The translations under genes were made by a program, and so were the position numbers. Positions 9,687 to 20,225 of a stretch of DNA of 64,000 nt are shown here, piece after piece; the first letter of the stretch is position 1; every line of letters begins with the position of its first letter. This DNA comes from a bacterium (GTDB lineage Bacteria; Patescibacteriota; Microgenomatia; JAMCZE01), in the NCBI GenBank assembly GCA_021836035.1, contig JAKBJL010000001.1, forward strand, positions 287,765-351,764. The letters run 5' to 3'. The notes beneath the pieces are model-generated. The model saw only the letters and a list, made by a program, of their open reading frames with translations, searched no databases and had not been told where the DNA came from.

Positions 9687-10119
9687 AACCCAATTTTAGC
9701 ATATTAATATTTTTGACTGAGATCCAGGCTGACATGGCGCTGAAACCGGACTTCTTAATTTTAAAGGGGGTAATTTGCCGGGGATTTTCAAGAAAAATAA
9801 GGAGGCAGTACCTTTTGTTTTTGAATAATTTATAAAAGAGGGGGATTTCTTTTGGTCCGATCCCGTTGTCCCGGCCGAACCGGCGGAGAATGGTCAGGAT
9901 TTTGCGGGGAGTGAGCTCTTGATATTGTAGAACTTTCCTTACCTGCGCTTGAACCGTCACCGGCGCGCCGGAATTTTTAAAGTAGATAGTGTCTCCGGGC
10001 TTAACTTGACCCCAGGGTGTGCGTTTGGTTCGATACCAGCGGGATTCGATGGTTTTTTCGCCGGAGAGAATTTTAGGCAGGAATTGCCAGGATTTTCTCA
10101 TAATGGCCAAATGTTTCAT
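9670..10119 (-). CDS. ASCH (PUA-like) domain protein
   Basis: [35 protein letters not shown] is an ASCH-type beta-barrel motif (GxKxxExR). Alternative start at M7 (10101). The 3' end overlaps the mscL start by 17 nt. Confidence 0.55.
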   Translation of the reverse strand: MKHLAIMRKSWQFLPKILSGEKTIESRWYRTKRTPWGQVKPGDTIYFKNSGAPVTVQAQVRKVLQYQELTPRKILTILRRFGRDNGIGPKEIPLFYKLFKNKRYCLLIFLENPRQITPFKIKKSGFSAMSAWISVKNINMLKLGYAQGI

Positions 10120-10223
10120 GAGATATATTGTACTACTGGGATCCGCTTATACCATCTTGTAAGATTCCGCAATTTTTAGCAATATCTAGAAAGATCAGGA
10201 AAATTCTGCCATGATAAAACTAT

Positions 10224-11240
10224 ATGAAAATTCCCCCGAAATATCGTTTAACCCGCAAAATTAGTGCGCTCTTGGCGCAAATTGAAGCCAATAAGGAAGT
10301 GATTGATAATGCTGAGATTCCGCTGGAGGTAGAAGAAAATATCCGCCGGGAATCTCTTTTGGGGAGCGCTCTCTTTAGCGCGCGGATCGAGGGGAATACT
10401 CTTACCCGGGGCGAGGTCAGCAGTTTTAGCGATCTTTCTTCACGGGATAAAAAGAGGAGAGAAATTGCTAATCTTCATCGGGCTATTAGCTTTGTGTTGG
10501 AACGGGCCAACTCTGGGAAGAGCATTGCCTGCAGGGACATTTTGCTCCTGCATCGCATGGCAATGAAAAATATTCTTGCCCGGCAGTTCAGTGGTAAATT
10601 CCGTACGGGACACGAGGGGGTATTCGATAGCCAGGGAAATATTATTTACCATTCGCCCCCGCCGGGCATGATCCGGGACTTGACGGATCAATTGTTAAAA
10701 TTTGCCGGCAGTCGGCGGGAGGAGTTTGTCCCCGTGAGAGCGGTATTAACCCATTTGGTTCTGGAGTATATCCACCCATTTGTAGACGGCAGCGGCAGAG
10801 TGGGCCGCCTATTGCAGCTAGATATTCTTAATCGGGGAGGTTACGGAATGAAAGGCTTAGTGGTGGTGGAAGAGCTGATTGATAAAAACCGGCAGGCTTA
10901 TTATCGGGCGATTGAGAACGGTATTAATCGCGGCGACGCGACGGAGTTTATAGAACTGATGCTTTCCTTTTTAGCGGAGTCGTCGGCAACAGCCCGGAAT
11001 CTGATCCGCGAAAAACAGAAAAATTATTCCCCCCTGGATTTACTGCCGCCGCGCCGGCGGGAAATTGTAGAAATTATTCGGGATCAGAGGATGGTTTCTC
11101 TTGATTTTCTGCACCGCCGCTTCTTAAAAGTCAGCCCGCGGCTTTTAAGTTATGATCTTAAGAAATTACGCGAAGAAGGGTACCTCTCCAAAATCGGCAA
11201 GACCCGCGGCGCTTTATATACTGTAAAATATAGATTGTGA
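10224..11240 (+). CDS. Fic/Doc-family (Fido) protein with N-terminal inhibitory motif and C-terminal winged HTH
   Basis: Active-site motif [14 protein letters not shown] (HPFx[DE]GNGRxxR). Intrinsic inhibitory helix motif SARIEGN ([ST]xxxE[GN]) near the N-terminus. The C-terminal [24 protein letters not shown] is wHTH-like. Confidence 0.85.
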   Translation: MKIPPKYRLTRKISALLAQIEANKEVIDNAEIPLEVEENIRRESLLGSALFSARIEGNTLTRGEVSSFSDLSSRDKKRREIANLHRAISFVLERANSGKSIACRDILLLHRMAMKNILARQFSGKFRTGHEGVFDSQGNIIYHSPPPGMIRDLTDQLLKFAGSRREEFVPVRAVLTHLVLEYIHPFVDGSGRVGRLLQLDILNRGGYGMKGLVVVEELIDKNRQAYYRAIENGINRGDATEFIELMLSFLAESSATARNLIREKQKNYSPLDLLPPRRREIVEIIRDQRMVSLDFLHRRFLKVSPRLLSYDLKKLREEGYLSKIGKTRGALYTVKYRL

Positions 11241-11253
11241 TAAGATTGTAACC

Positions 11254-12540
11254 GTGAACCGAATTTTACGCGTTTTTGCCGATGCCTGGAAAACCCCGGA
11301 GTTACGCCGGCGGATTATTTTTACCGCGGCTATTTTTTTGGTTTTCCGGCTCTTTGCCCATGTTCCCATCCCGGGTGTAGACGCGGCGGCTTTGAAAAAT
11401 TTGTTTGCCCAAAACCAATTTTTAGGATTGTTGGATATTTTCTCCGGGGGGACGCTGGCCAATTTTTCCGTCATGGCTTTAGGTCTTAACCCATATATCA
11501 ACGCGACCATTATTTTGCAGCTTTTGCAGATGGTTTTCCCCAGCCTTGAGGAACTTTCTAAAGAGGGCGAATCAGGGCGGATGAAAATCAACCAATATGC
11601 CCGGATGATAACCGTACCTCTGGCGGCTCTCCAGGCGGTCGGGACTTATGCTCTTTTGCGGAATCAACACATTATCGGCACGGTTAATCCGCTGACCCTG
11701 GCGGCGCTGGTCATTACCCTGACAACCGGAACATTGATTTTAATGTGGCTCGGAGAACTGATTACGGAGTACGGTATCGGTAACGGCATCAGTATGATTA
11801 TTTTCGGCGGGATCGTCGGGCGTTTCCCGGTAATCATCGGGCAGACTATTTCCGTGGTAACCGGTGAACAGATTTTTAACATTGCCGCTTTTTTGGTTGT
11901 CGGCTTTATTGTCATCGCCGGCATTGTCCTGGTTAATGAGGCGACCAGGCAGGTTCCGATCGTTTATGCCCGGAGAGTCCGGGGTAACAAGCTTTACGGC
12001 GGCCAGTCAACATTTTTACCGTTGCGGGTTAACCAGGCCGGAGTGATTCCTATCATTTTCGCCGTTTCCCTGGTTCTTATTCCTTCCCTTTTGGGTCAAT
12101 ATTTGGGGCAGGTACCTAACCCGGCCATCTCCCGGGTAGCCCAAACGCTGGCCAACGCTTTTAATCCCACCGGGTTGGTTTATAACCTGGTTTATTTTGT
12201 TCTGGTCATCGGTTTCACTTATTTCTATACCGCAGTGATTTTTAATCCGGTAAAAATTTCCACGGAAATCCAGAAACACGGTGGTTTTATCCCGGGGATC
12301 AGGCCGGGAACGCCGACAACCAACTATTTAAATTATGTTTTAACCCGGATTACTTTGGCAGGAGCGGTTTTTCTGGGATTAGTAGCCGTTTTACCGTCGT
12401 TTGCCCGGGGCATTACCAATGTCGCAACTTTAACTATCGGTGGCACGGGGATTCTTATCGTGGTCTCGGTTGTTTTAGAAACGGCGAAACAATTTGAAAC
12501 CATGCTGGTAACGCGGAACTACGAAGGCTTCCTAAAATAG
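11254..12540 (+). CDS. secY: preprotein translocase subunit SecY
   Basis: 10-TM protein with canonical SecY N-terminus ([28 protein letters not shown]) and plug region ([27 protein letters not shown]). GTG start. Confidence 0.92.
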   Translation: MNRILRVFADAWKTPELRRRIIFTAAIFLVFRLFAHVPIPGVDAAALKNLFAQNQFLGLLDIFSGGTLANFSVMALGLNPYINATIILQLLQMVFPSLEELSKEGESGRMKINQYARMITVPLAALQAVGTYALLRNQHIIGTVNPLTLAALVITLTTGTLILMWLGELITEYGIGNGISMIIFGGIVGRFPVIIGQTISVVTGEQIFNIAAFLVVGFIVIAGIVLVNEATRQVPIVYARRVRGNKLYGGQSTFLPLRVNQAGVIPIIFAVSLVLIPSLLGQYLGQVPNPAISRVAQTLANAFNPTGLVYNLVYFVLVIGFTYFYTAVIFNPVKISTEIQKHGGFIPGIRPGTPTTNYLNYVLTRITLAGAVFLGLVAVLPSFARGITNVATLTIGGTGILIVVSVVLETAKQFETMLVTRNYEGFLK

Positions 12541-12580
12541 CAAATTTGCGCGAATCGGTTACACATATACACGAAGATAG

Positions 12581-13141
12581 ATGATTTATATATTTTTCGG
12601 TCCACAAGGTTCGGGTAAATCAACACAAGCCAAGCTGCTTGCCGAAAAACTGGGAATTATCACCATTTCTTCCGGCGAGGTCTCCCGAAAAATTCGGGAG
12701 GAGAATACGGACGAGGGCAGATATGCCAGGGAATTATATGATCAGGGGAAATTATTGCCCGACAATATTCTTTTTGGACGCCTTAAGGAAATCTTTTTAA
12801 GCCCGCAGGCTGCGGGGGGATTTATTTTAGACGGTTATCCACGTAATAAGGGGCAGATATTCCCCTTCGAATTATTTCTCAAAGAGTCAGGGAAACAGGT
12901 GGACAAGGTTGTGGTTATTGATCTGACTGACGAAGAGGGAATTAAAAGGCTGATGTTAAGAGCTAAAATCGAAAACAGGAGCGATGACAATGAGGGTGCT
13001 ATCAAAAAAAGATTGAGCATTTATCATGCGGAAACAGAACCGATCATCGATTACTATGAAAAGCAGGGAAAAGTTATTCATATCGACGGCAGCGGAACAA
13101 TTGAAGAAGTAACCGGACTTATAAGTAAGATTCTTCCATGA
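12581..13141 (+). CDS. adk: adenylate kinase
   Basis: P-loop GPQGSGKSTQ. ILDGYPRN motif. Position after secY. Confidence 0.9.
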   Translation: MIYIFFGPQGSGKSTQAKLLAEKLGIITISSGEVSRKIREENTDEGRYARELYDQGKLLPDNILFGRLKEIFLSPQAAGGFILDGYPRNKGQIFPFELFLKESGKQVDKVVVIDLTDEEGIKRLMLRAKIENRSDDNEGAIKKRLSIYHAETEPIIDYYEKQGKVIHIDGSGTIEEVTGLISKILP

Positions 13142-13905
13142 TTCAAATTAAAACTCCCGCAGAAATATCCACGATGGCGGAAGGGGGAAAAATTCTCTCT
13201 GACGTTTTACAAAAAACCCTCCGCAAAGCCGTTCCCGGAATTACTACTGCGGATTTGGATAAATACGCTGAAAACCTGATCCGTGCGGCCGGGGCCAAAC
13301 CCTCATTTAAAATGGAAAAAGGCTACCATTTTGCGACCTGCATGAGCGTTAACGATGTGGTGGTTCACGGACTACCCCGGGAATATAGACTTAAGGAAGG
13401 CGACATTCTGGGAGTGGACGCAGGCGTGTATTACCGGGGGTTTCATACAGACGCAAGCTGGAGCATAGCGATGGGGGCTAGTAAGGAAACGGTAAAATTT
13501 TTAAAGAAGGGCGAGGAAGCGCTGGAGAAAGCGATCGCGCAATGTCGGGTCGGGGGGCATGTGGGAGATATTTCTAAGGCGATTCAGGAAACGGTGGAGG
13601 GGGCGGGATACAGCTGTGTGCGCCAATTGGTAGGACACGGGGTGGGGAGAAAACTGCATGAGGATCCGGAAATACCCTGTTTTGTCCGGGGTAAAATCGA
13701 AAATACTCCCCCGATTAGGGCGGGCATGGTTTTTGCCGTAGAAGTGATTTACAACCGGGGGCAACCGCAGGTGATTTATGCCGGTGATGATGGTTGGACA
13801 ATTGCTACGCGCGATGGCCTTCCCTCAGGGCTGTTTGAACATACCGTGGCGGTTACGGACGCCGGGCCTGTGGTACTTACAGCGCCAGATAGCTCCCCAT
13901 TGTAA
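13138..13905 (+). CDS. map: methionine aminopeptidase type I
   Basis: Metal-binding residues in FHTDASW, GHGVGRKLHEDP and FAVE contexts. Conserved order adk-map-infA. Confidence 0.9.
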   Translation: MIQIKTPAEISTMAEGGKILSDVLQKTLRKAVPGITTADLDKYAENLIRAAGAKPSFKMEKGYHFATCMSVNDVVVHGLPREYRLKEGDILGVDAGVYYRGFHTDASWSIAMGASKETVKFLKKGEEALEKAIAQCRVGGHVGDISKAIQETVEGAGYSCVRQLVGHGVGRKLHEDPEIPCFVRGKIENTPPIRAGMVFAVEVIYNRGQPQVIYAGDDGWTIATRDGLPSGLFEHTVAVTDAGPVVLTAPDSSPL

Positions 13906-13947
13906 TTTACAGATCTGTTTGTTAGAATATGGGCTAGTTTGTAAGTA

Positions 13948-14166
13948 ATGGCGCATTCGGGAACAACGGAGTTAGACGGCCAGGTGCTGGAAAATCTTCC
14001 CAACGCGATGTTCAAAGTACAACTTTCCGACGGGAGAGTTGTGTTGTGTTATTTATCCGGGAAGATGCGTATGAACCACATCCGGATTCTGCCTGGGGAT
14101 AAAGTAAAAGTGGAGATGACCGCTTACGATGTTGACCGGGGGAGAATTGTCTATCGGACTAGGTAG
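13948..14166 (+). CDS. infA: translation initiation factor IF-1
   Basis: 72-aa S1-like OB fold: [57 protein letters not shown]. Confidence 0.9.
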   Translation: MAHSGTTELDGQVLENLPNAMFKVQLSDGRVVLCYLSGKMRMNHIRILPGDKVKVEMTAYDVDRGRIVYRTR

Positions 14167-14174
14167 TTTTGGAA

Positions 14175-14288
14175 ATGAAAGTACAGGCAAGCGTTAAACC
14201 CAGATGTAATAAGTGTAAAGTAACTCGCCGACACGGGCGGGTTTACATCGTGTGCGACAATCCGAAGCATAAGCAACGTCAGGGCTAA
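14175..14288 (+). CDS. rpmJ: 50S ribosomal protein L36
   Basis: 37-codon ORF, below the ORF-track cutoff: [37 protein letters not shown]. Classic L36 with a C-x2-C...C-x4-H zinc ribbon. Located between infA and rpsM as usual. Confidence 0.88.
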   Translation: MKVQASVKPRCNKCKVTRRHGRVYIVCDNPKHKQRQG

Positions 14289-14359
14289 AACCGCGCCAAG
14301 GATAAGCGTAAAGCGATCTTTTTCTATACGCTTTCCGCTAAACGTTATACGCTAATAAT

Positions 14360-14788
14360 ATGGCGAGAATTGCCGGAATCGATCTAAATAATGAAAAAAG
14401 AGTAGATATTGCCCTGATTAAATTATACGGGGTGGGACGCTCTAATGTGGTCGGAATTTTATCTGTTGCCGGTGTTGATCCGGTAAAAAGAGTCAAAACC
14501 TTAACGGACGAAGAGGTTAATCGGATTCAAAAAGCGATTGACACGATCAAAGTTGAAGGTGATTTGCGCTCAGAAGTACATGCGAACATTACAACCCTGC
14601 GGCAGATCGGCTCTTACAGGGGGTTAAGACATGCACGGAATTTGCCGGTCCGCGGCCAGCGGACCAGATCTAATGCCCGGACCAAGCGGGGCAAGAGGGT
14701 AACAATCGGTGCGATCAAGAAAAAGATGGCGGAAAAAATGGGGCTTTTAACCAAGGAAGCACCGGCAGAAAATAGTAATAAAAAATAG
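14360..14788 (+). CDS. rpsM: 30S ribosomal protein S13
   Basis: MARIAGIDLNNEKRVDIALIKLYGVGRSNV...RGLRHARNLPVRGQRTRSNART is the canonical S13. Confidence 0.92.
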   Translation: MARIAGIDLNNEKRVDIALIKLYGVGRSNVVGILSVAGVDPVKRVKTLTDEEVNRIQKAIDTIKVEGDLRSEVHANITTLRQIGSYRGLRHARNLPVRGQRTRSNARTKRGKRVTIGAIKKKMAEKMGLLTKEAPAENSNKK

Positions 14789-14806
14789 TAATAAGTAATA
14801 AATAGT

Positions 14807-15202
14807 ATGGCGAAAGACAACCAAAAAGCCGAGAGCAAAGCAAAAACTAATCACCAGGTCAGCGTCGCCCGGGTATATGTTACCGCGACGTTTAACAACA
14901 CCTTAGTCACCGTTACTGACCTCTCCGGTAATACGTTAGCCAGCGGCAGTGCCGGTTCTAACGGTTTTAAGGGAGCCAGAAAGTCTACTCCTTTTGCGGC
15001 GACTACAACGGTAGAAAATGTGGGCCGGAAAGCCTGGGACACGGGTATCCGCGAAGTCGAGGTTTTTATTAAGGGTCCGGGAGCAGGCCGTGACGCCGCC
15101 TTAAGAGCCTTGAAGACCGTCGGGTTTAATATTTCCCTGATTGCCGATGTTACACCAATCCCGCATAACGGACCAAGAGCTAAGAAAAAAAGGAGAGTAT
15201 AA
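14807..15202 (+). CDS. rpsK: 30S ribosomal protein S11
   Basis: VARVYVTATFNNTLVTVTDLSGNTLASGSAGSNGFKGARKSTPFAA...IKGPGAGRDAALRAL is the canonical S11. Confidence 0.92.
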   Translation: MAKDNQKAESKAKTNHQVSVARVYVTATFNNTLVTVTDLSGNTLASGSAGSNGFKGARKSTPFAATTTVENVGRKAWDTGIREVEVFIKGPGAGRDAALRALKTVGFNISLIADVTPIPHNGPRAKKKRRV

Positions 15203-15808
15203 ATGGCTAGATATACCGGACCGAAACATCGACTGGCAAGAAGAGAAGGGCGGAATGTATTAGAAAAACAATCCGCTTCCCTTTTACGTCGTCTTAACGT
15301 ACCGCCGGGGATGCACGGCGCCCGGGGCCGCCGGAGGTTTTCCGAGTTCGGAACGCAATTGCGGGAGAAGCAACTGGCCAAAAGAACATACGGCGTGATG
15401 GAAAAACAATTCCAAAAGTATTACCAAACAGCCAAAAAAGTTAAAGGGAAGACCGGTGAGGTTTTATTGCAATCTTTGGAAACCAGATTGGATAATATCG
15501 TTTACCGCCTGGGTTTTGCCCCGACCAGGAGTATGGCCCGCCAATTGGTGTCCCACGGGCATGTTTTAGTTAACGGGCAGGTAGTCAACATCCCCTCCTA
15601 TACTGTCAAATCCGGTCAGGTAATAACCCTCTCGTCCAAGGCAATGAGGATTCCGGTAGTAGCGAAGCTATTAGAAGCTGCGGACCTTAGTATTTTGGAC
15701 TGGTTGGAGAGAAAGGCCGCTGCCGGAAAATTGCGTCAGATCCCGACGCGGGACCAAATACCAGTGGAAATTAACGAGCAATTAATAGTAGAATACTATT
15801 CGCGTTAA
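15203..15808 (+). CDS. rpsD: 30S ribosomal protein S4
   Basis: MARYTGPKHRLARREG N-terminus and the S4 domain (RLDNIVYRLGFAPTRSMARQLVSHGHVLVNG). Confidence 0.92.
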   Translation: MARYTGPKHRLARREGRNVLEKQSASLLRRLNVPPGMHGARGRRRFSEFGTQLREKQLAKRTYGVMEKQFQKYYQTAKKVKGKTGEVLLQSLETRLDNIVYRLGFAPTRSMARQLVSHGHVLVNGQVVNIPSYTVKSGQVITLSSKAMRIPVVAKLLEAADLSILDWLERKAAAGKLRQIPTRDQIPVEINEQLIVEYYSR

Positions 15809-15869
15809 GAAACACACTGAAAACAGGGTCTATTTGACCTTGGGTTAGTGTGGAAAAAAATAAAATACT

Positions 15870-16790
15870 ATGGTTGACCCAGCTTTTAAGATCAAAACTG
15901 ACCAGGAGGAAAAAAAATTCGGACGCTTTATTCTGGAACCCCTGGAGCGGGGATACGGTCATACAATTGGCAACGCTTTAAGGAGGGTTCTCTTATCTTC
16001 TCTTCCCGGCGCGGCGATTACCAATCTGCGCATTGAGGGAGTTAAACATCAGTTTCAGACTCTGCCGGGTCTTAAGGAGGATATTGTTGAGTTTATCCTC
16101 AATTTAAAAAAGATCCGCCTCAGGATCGCAGGTACGGATAAAACGGAAATCCGGCTGGAGATAACCGGACCGGGCGAAATAACCGCCGGGCAGATTGAAA
16201 CCCCGGCCGAGGTGGAAATAATCAATAAAGACCTGGTTTTGGGCTCTTTAGCCGATAAAAAGTCCCGCCTTTCCGCCGTTATGACGGTGGAAAAGGGCTA
16301 CGGCTATTCTTTAGCTGACGACCGCAAAACCGGCGTAGTGGGCTTGGTGAGCATTGACGCCGCTTTTAGCCCGGTAGTCCGGGTTAATTATGTCGTCGAA
16401 TCCGCCCGTGTCGGCCGGGTTACCAACCTGGATAAACTGATCCTCGAGATCTGGACGGACGGAACAATTTCTCCGTCAGAAGCGATGCGGACAGCCAGCA
16501 AAGTTCTGGTTTCCTATTTCCTGCAAATTTATGAGCCGAAGGCTCAAACCGAAGAGGTAAGTGTCGCCGTGACACCGACCGTTTCGGAGGATGTCCTTAA
16601 AATGCTCGTCGAAGAGCTGGATCTTCCGGTCAGGTTAGAGAATGCTTTAAAGAACGGAGGCATCGAAACGGTCGGTCAGCTTCTGGGAACTAACCGGAAG
16701 GATCTTTTAAAGATTAAGAACTTCGGCGTAAAGTCGTTTGCCGTAGTCGAAGAAAAACTCCGCGAAAAGGGAGTAGCACTGTCGATATGA
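15870..16790 (+). CDS. rpoA: DNA-directed RNA polymerase subunit alpha
   Basis: FILEPLERGYGHTIGNALRRVLLSSLPGAAITNLRIEGVKHQFQTLPGLKEDIVEFILNLK is the alpha NTD. The C-terminal CTD has HhH (LENALKNGGIETVGQLL). Confidence 0.92.
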   Translation: MVDPAFKIKTDQEEKKFGRFILEPLERGYGHTIGNALRRVLLSSLPGAAITNLRIEGVKHQFQTLPGLKEDIVEFILNLKKIRLRIAGTDKTEIRLEITGPGEITAGQIETPAEVEIINKDLVLGSLADKKSRLSAVMTVEKGYGYSLADDRKTGVVGLVSIDAAFSPVVRVNYVVESARVGRVTNLDKLILEIWTDGTISPSEAMRTASKVLVSYFLQIYEPKAQTEEVSVAVTPTVSEDVLKMLVEELDLPVRLENALKNGGIETVGQLLGTNRKDLLKIKNFGVKSFAVVEEKLREKGVALSI

Positions 16791-17269
16791 GGCACCGGGT
16801 CTTCGGCAACCGTTTATCCCGTCCCGCCAATCAACGGAAGGCTTTAGCAAAAAGTCTTTTGACCTCTCTTTTTACTCATGGCCGGATCAAGACTACTTTA
16901 GCCAAGGCTAAGGCAATAAGCGGGGAGGCGGATAAAGTGGTGAATAATTTGAAAGGGCAAACAATAGCCGAAAGGCGTGAGGTGGCCAAAATTTTCCCGG
17001 ATAATTTAGCCAAAGAGCTTTTCCGGACAGCTAAAGAGCGCTTTTCCGGAAGAGGCAGCGGTTATACGCGGATAATCCGGCTGGGAGAACGGTTCTCAGA
17101 TACGGCCGATCTGGTTTATTTAGAATTCGTGGAAGCCGGTACTCCCGCAGAACAAGTTCAGGTACAGGAACAATTGCAGGGAAAAACAACCACAAAAACA
17201 GAGGCGAAGAAGGAGGCAAAAGCAGCGGGACGCGGGGCAAAGGGCAAAGGAAAGCCTAAGACAAAATAA
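16787..17269 (+). CDS. rplQ: 50S ribosomal protein L17 with Lys-rich C-terminal extension
   Basis: MRHRVFGNRLSRPANQRKALAKSLLTSLFTHGRIKTTLAKAK...GYTRIIRLGERFSDTADLVYLEFV. 4-nt overlap with rpoA. C-terminal KTEAKKEAKAAGRGAKGKGKPKTK tail. Confidence 0.9.
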   Translation: MRHRVFGNRLSRPANQRKALAKSLLTSLFTHGRIKTTLAKAKAISGEADKVVNNLKGQTIAERREVAKIFPDNLAKELFRTAKERFSGRGSGYTRIIRLGERFSDTADLVYLEFVEAGTPAEQVQVQEQLQGKTTTKTEAKKEAKAAGRGAKGKGKPKTK

Positions 17270-17282
17270 GTTATTCGCGGAT

Positions 17283-17651
17283 ATGTTAACTAAATTATCT
17301 GATATTAAACACGACCATCAGGAAATTGACGCTGCCGATCAGATTCTGGGACGATTGGCGACCAGAGCGGCAACGCTCTTAATGGGTAAAAGCAAACCAT
17401 ATTTTACCCGCCATCTTGATTGTGGAGATTTTGTCACTATTATTAACGCGGGTAAAATAAGAGTAACCGGGGAAAAGATAACCAAGAAAATTTATACCCG
17501 CTATAGCGGTTATCCGGGAGGGATTAAAAGAACAAATCTCGGGAAAATGCTGGCTGAAAAACCGGAAGAAGTAATCCGTCATGCCGTAGCCGGTATGTTG
17601 CCGGATAATAAACTAAAAGCTTTATGGCTCAAAAGACTGATAATAAAGTAA
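17283..17651 (+). CDS. rplM: 50S ribosomal protein L13
   Basis: QILGRLATRAATLLMGKSKPYFTRHLDCGDFVTIINAGKIRVTGEKITKKIYTRYSGYPGGIKR is the L13 core. Confidence 0.9.
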   Translation: MLTKLSDIKHDHQEIDAADQILGRLATRAATLLMGKSKPYFTRHLDCGDFVTIINAGKIRVTGEKITKKIYTRYSGYPGGIKRTNLGKMLAEKPEEVIRHAVAGMLPDNKLKALWLKRLIIK

Positions 17652-18082
17652 CTAAAAGGGATTTTTTCTTCGGAGTCGGCCGGCGTAAAGAAGCAACGGC
17701 ACGGGTTCGTTTGTATTCCGGAGATAAAGAAGTGACGGTTAACGGCAAAAAAGTGGAAAAAGGCCAGATTTTTGTCAACAAACTGGAAATTGAAAAATAT
17801 TTTCCCGGCGAGCTGGCTAAAGCCGCCTATGTCGAGCCTTTCCGCACGACTAACACCCTCGGACGTTACAAAACGACCGTTCTGGTTTCCGGTTCCGGGA
17901 AATCCGGTCAGATAGGGGCAGTGGTGCTTGGAGTTGCCCGGGCGCTTTCGGTTGCCGACCCGGAAAAATTTCACCCGATCCTTTCGAAGAAAGGGTTGCT
18001 CCGTCGCGATCCCCGCGCTAAGGAACGTAAAAAACCCGGTCTCATGGGCGCGCGTAAACAAAAATCTTCCCCGAAACGTTAA
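17624..18082 (+). CDS. rpsI: 30S ribosomal protein S9
   Basis: GVGRRKEATARVRL...GKSGQIGAVVLGVARAL...LRRDPRAKERKKPGLMGARKQKSSPKR is S9 with the conserved C-terminal KR tail. It overlaps the rplM 3' end by 28 nt. Confidence 0.9.
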   Translation: MAQKTDNKVTKRDFFFGVGRRKEATARVRLYSGDKEVTVNGKKVEKGQIFVNKLEIEKYFPGELAKAAYVEPFRTTNTLGRYKTTVLVSGSGKSGQIGAVVLGVARALSVADPEKFHPILSKKGLLRRDPRAKERKKPGLMGARKQKSSPKR

Positions 18083-18483
18083 CTTCAAAAAAGGCATAAA
18101 ATAAACCCACGTGGGGAAACGGGGCGGCTTTATCTGCTGCCGAAAGATATTTGGAATTTATTTTGGGACTCGGTAAACTTCATCCGGAACCTTTTCTGGC
18201 AGATAGTTATTTCGGTCCCGAGGAAATCCGCGAGGGGGTTAGAGAACGAAAAACCATAAACTCTTCCGGAATTAAAGGAAATATTGTGGAAGGGTTTAAG
18301 CCGATTGCCCCCTAATAAATCCTTAAGCGACCTGACTGCCGGTTACCCTCATTCCCAATATCGGTCATTAGGGATTTTCCTGGATCAGGGAAAAGGCGAA
18401 AAAGAGAAAAATACTCCGGCTTATTTTTTGTCGGTTAAGCCCCGGGAATTTTAAAGGTCCCCAAACGGGTTTCCGGGAAAAGA

Positions 18484-18813
18484 GTGCCTCTGGAAAATGA
18501 AATTCCCGATCCCTGGGGCTGGGATATGGCTCTACTTTTTGTGGGCGGGGAAATGGCGAAGGAAGAACGGATTGCCGCGGGTTTGGTGCGTTATTACCAT
18601 GATGTTATTCCTTACGCGGAAAAGCTAAAGACAAAAGCAGCCAAAACGGGGCCTGAGAGGTGGGGAATTTTTAGCCGTCGCGAAACCGCGACCAATTGGC
18701 ATAATCCGAATTATGTCATCAGGGGTGGTATCGATACCCGCGATAAAGATCACACGGAATTGTCAAACGATTTAGAGCCCTTTTGTGATAAAATGTTAGA
18801 AATAACAGATTAA
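18484..18813 (+). CDS. hypothetical protein (no recognisable domain), first gene of a coupled pair
   Basis: 109-codon ORF (GTG start; alternative ATG at codon 15), with 3-nt spacing to the next ORF. No motif recognised by eye. Confidence 0.4.
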   Translation: MPLENEIPDPWGWDMALLFVGGEMAKEERIAAGLVRYYHDVIPYAEKLKTKAAKTGPERWGIFSRRETATNWHNPNYVIRGGIDTRDKDHTELSNDLEPFCDKMLEITD

Positions 18814-18816
18814 CCT

Positions 18817-19146
18817 ATGGCTGCTGAAGATTTTAAGGTCTTTATTAATTCTTATTTATCCTTGCTTGAGGAGTTGGTTGCGGACGAAAGTAAGCTTGGC
18901 GATGAAATATACTGCGCCCAAATTCGTCTGGCAGAACGGACGTTTAACTTCTTTCTGGACCGCTTCCCGATTGAAGAGATAAGGGGGCAATTCGGCTTGG
19001 AAAGATGGAACGAGATCAAGAGAAAAAGGGACGAAATAGCGGACCAAATAGCAAATATTATAGAATCCGTTCCGGAAAAGCAGAAAAGATACGAATTTTT
19101 TTGTGATCAACTAAAACAACCGCGAATCATCGGGGCGATGTTGTAA
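18817..19146 (+). CDS. hypothetical protein (no recognisable domain), second gene of a coupled pair
   Basis: 109-codon ORF immediately downstream of 18484..18813. Predicted helical and charged (EIKRKRDEIADQIANIIESVPEKQKRYEFF). Confidence 0.4.
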   Translation: MAAEDFKVFINSYLSLLEELVADESKLGDEIYCAQIRLAERTFNFFLDRFPIEEIRGQFGLERWNEIKRKRDEIADQIANIIESVPEKQKRYEFFCDQLKQPRIIGAML

Positions 19147-19356
19147 CCACCTCACGAAAAAACGGGCCGGGAGCCCAGGGAATTATTTTTTCTCTAGTCT
19201 TGCCTTCTGAAGTTCTTCTGCTCTTCCGTATCGCCGTAAGTAAGCATTGGCCTTAGGAATGTCGTTCTTGTCCGTATATGTCGCGACGTCAATTCCATGG
19301 TTGGCTTGCCCGGCTAATGGTTTTCCTTGGATGTTTTGTAAACGGTGCAGCCATTC

Positions 19357-19698
19357 CTACATATAAATAAGAGAAATTTCGCGTTGCAGTTGTAACGGAA
19401 GTGCTTGATTTTGTTTTCGGGTTAAACCGTCCGGTCCGGTGGTGAAATATCTAATTCCCGAGAATTCAATTCTACCCTCCTCTTTATCCCACGAATTTTT
19501 GGCGACGCTATCGGCGAGTAGATCGTACTCTTCCGGCTTTGGCAGTTCATTGATAATGTTCACTCTTGCCGGTGATATACGCCCGCCAACCTTTGCGAGC
19601 TCGCTGGAATTTTTAAAATATTCCATAGTTTCCGCATATCTGCCTTCTTTAATCATCGGTTCGCCTTGAAAAATATATTGTTTGGAATTAGTGATCAC
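19357..19698 (-). CDS. hypothetical protein
   Basis: 113-codon ORF (GTG start). No recognisable motif. Convergent with the 18484-19146 pair. Confidence 0.3.
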   Translation of the reverse strand: MITNSKQYIFQGEPMIKEGRYAETMEYFKNSSELAKVGGRISPARVNIINELPKPEEYDLLADSVAKNSWDKEEGRIEFSGIRYFTTGPDGLTRKQNQALPLQLQREISLIYM

Positions 19699-19804
19699 TT
19701 TGTTGTCGGACTTTTTGCAATTGCTGTTGTGCCGCTCTCTCTTGCTCTCTTTGTCTCGTAGCGGCGAGAACTTTTTCCCCGCTTTTTTGTAAAGAAGCTT
19801 TCGT

Positions 19805-20044
19805 TTATCGGAAAGCTGGCTCTTTATCTAAAGTTGATTCCCGTATACCTCTTACATTAGCAGCTGGTTTAGTAATTATGTCTTCAATTGACCCGCCGGC
19901 CCGCAGCCCTTTGGCAATGGCTTGGCTCTCGGGTGAGTCTAATTTAATCACCCGACCGGCTTTAATATCTTGGGCTGTTCTTAAAATCTTTTTTGCTTCT
20001 TGACTCGCCTGAAAGGTAGTAAATTCTGTTTGTAATCTGGCCAA
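19805..20044 (-). CDS. hypothetical small protein
   Basis: 79-codon ORF with TTG start, between the alkylation-repair gene and the 113-aa ORF. No motif. Confidence 0.25.
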   Translation of the reverse strand: MARLQTEFTTFQASQEAKKILRTAQDIKAGRVIKLDSPESQAIAKGLRAGGSIEDIITKPAANVRGIRESTLDKEPAFR

Positions 20045-20225
20045 CTTTTTTAAACCGGTGATTTTTCTTGAGGTTATATAGCTTTAATCTCCGGCCTTAC
20101 TGGGGGTTGTGCCTCGGGGTGGGGGATAGGCTGTGATGGTGCTGGTATTGACATAATTATTTCAACTTCTCCGTATTTGTTTATTTTTATTTATCTCCTA
20201 ACAATATCGCAACCTGACCAGCCAT

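Noticed and set aside
14851-15381. 176-codon minus-strand ORF antisense to rpsK/rpsD
   Set aside because: Antisense shadow of ribosomal protein genes. No motif. Overlaps two well-supported CDSs.
17579-18097. 172-codon minus-strand ORF antisense to rpsI
   Set aside because: Shadow ORF opposite a highly conserved ribosomal protein gene. Unusual composition (F/R/G-rich) typical of antisense frames.
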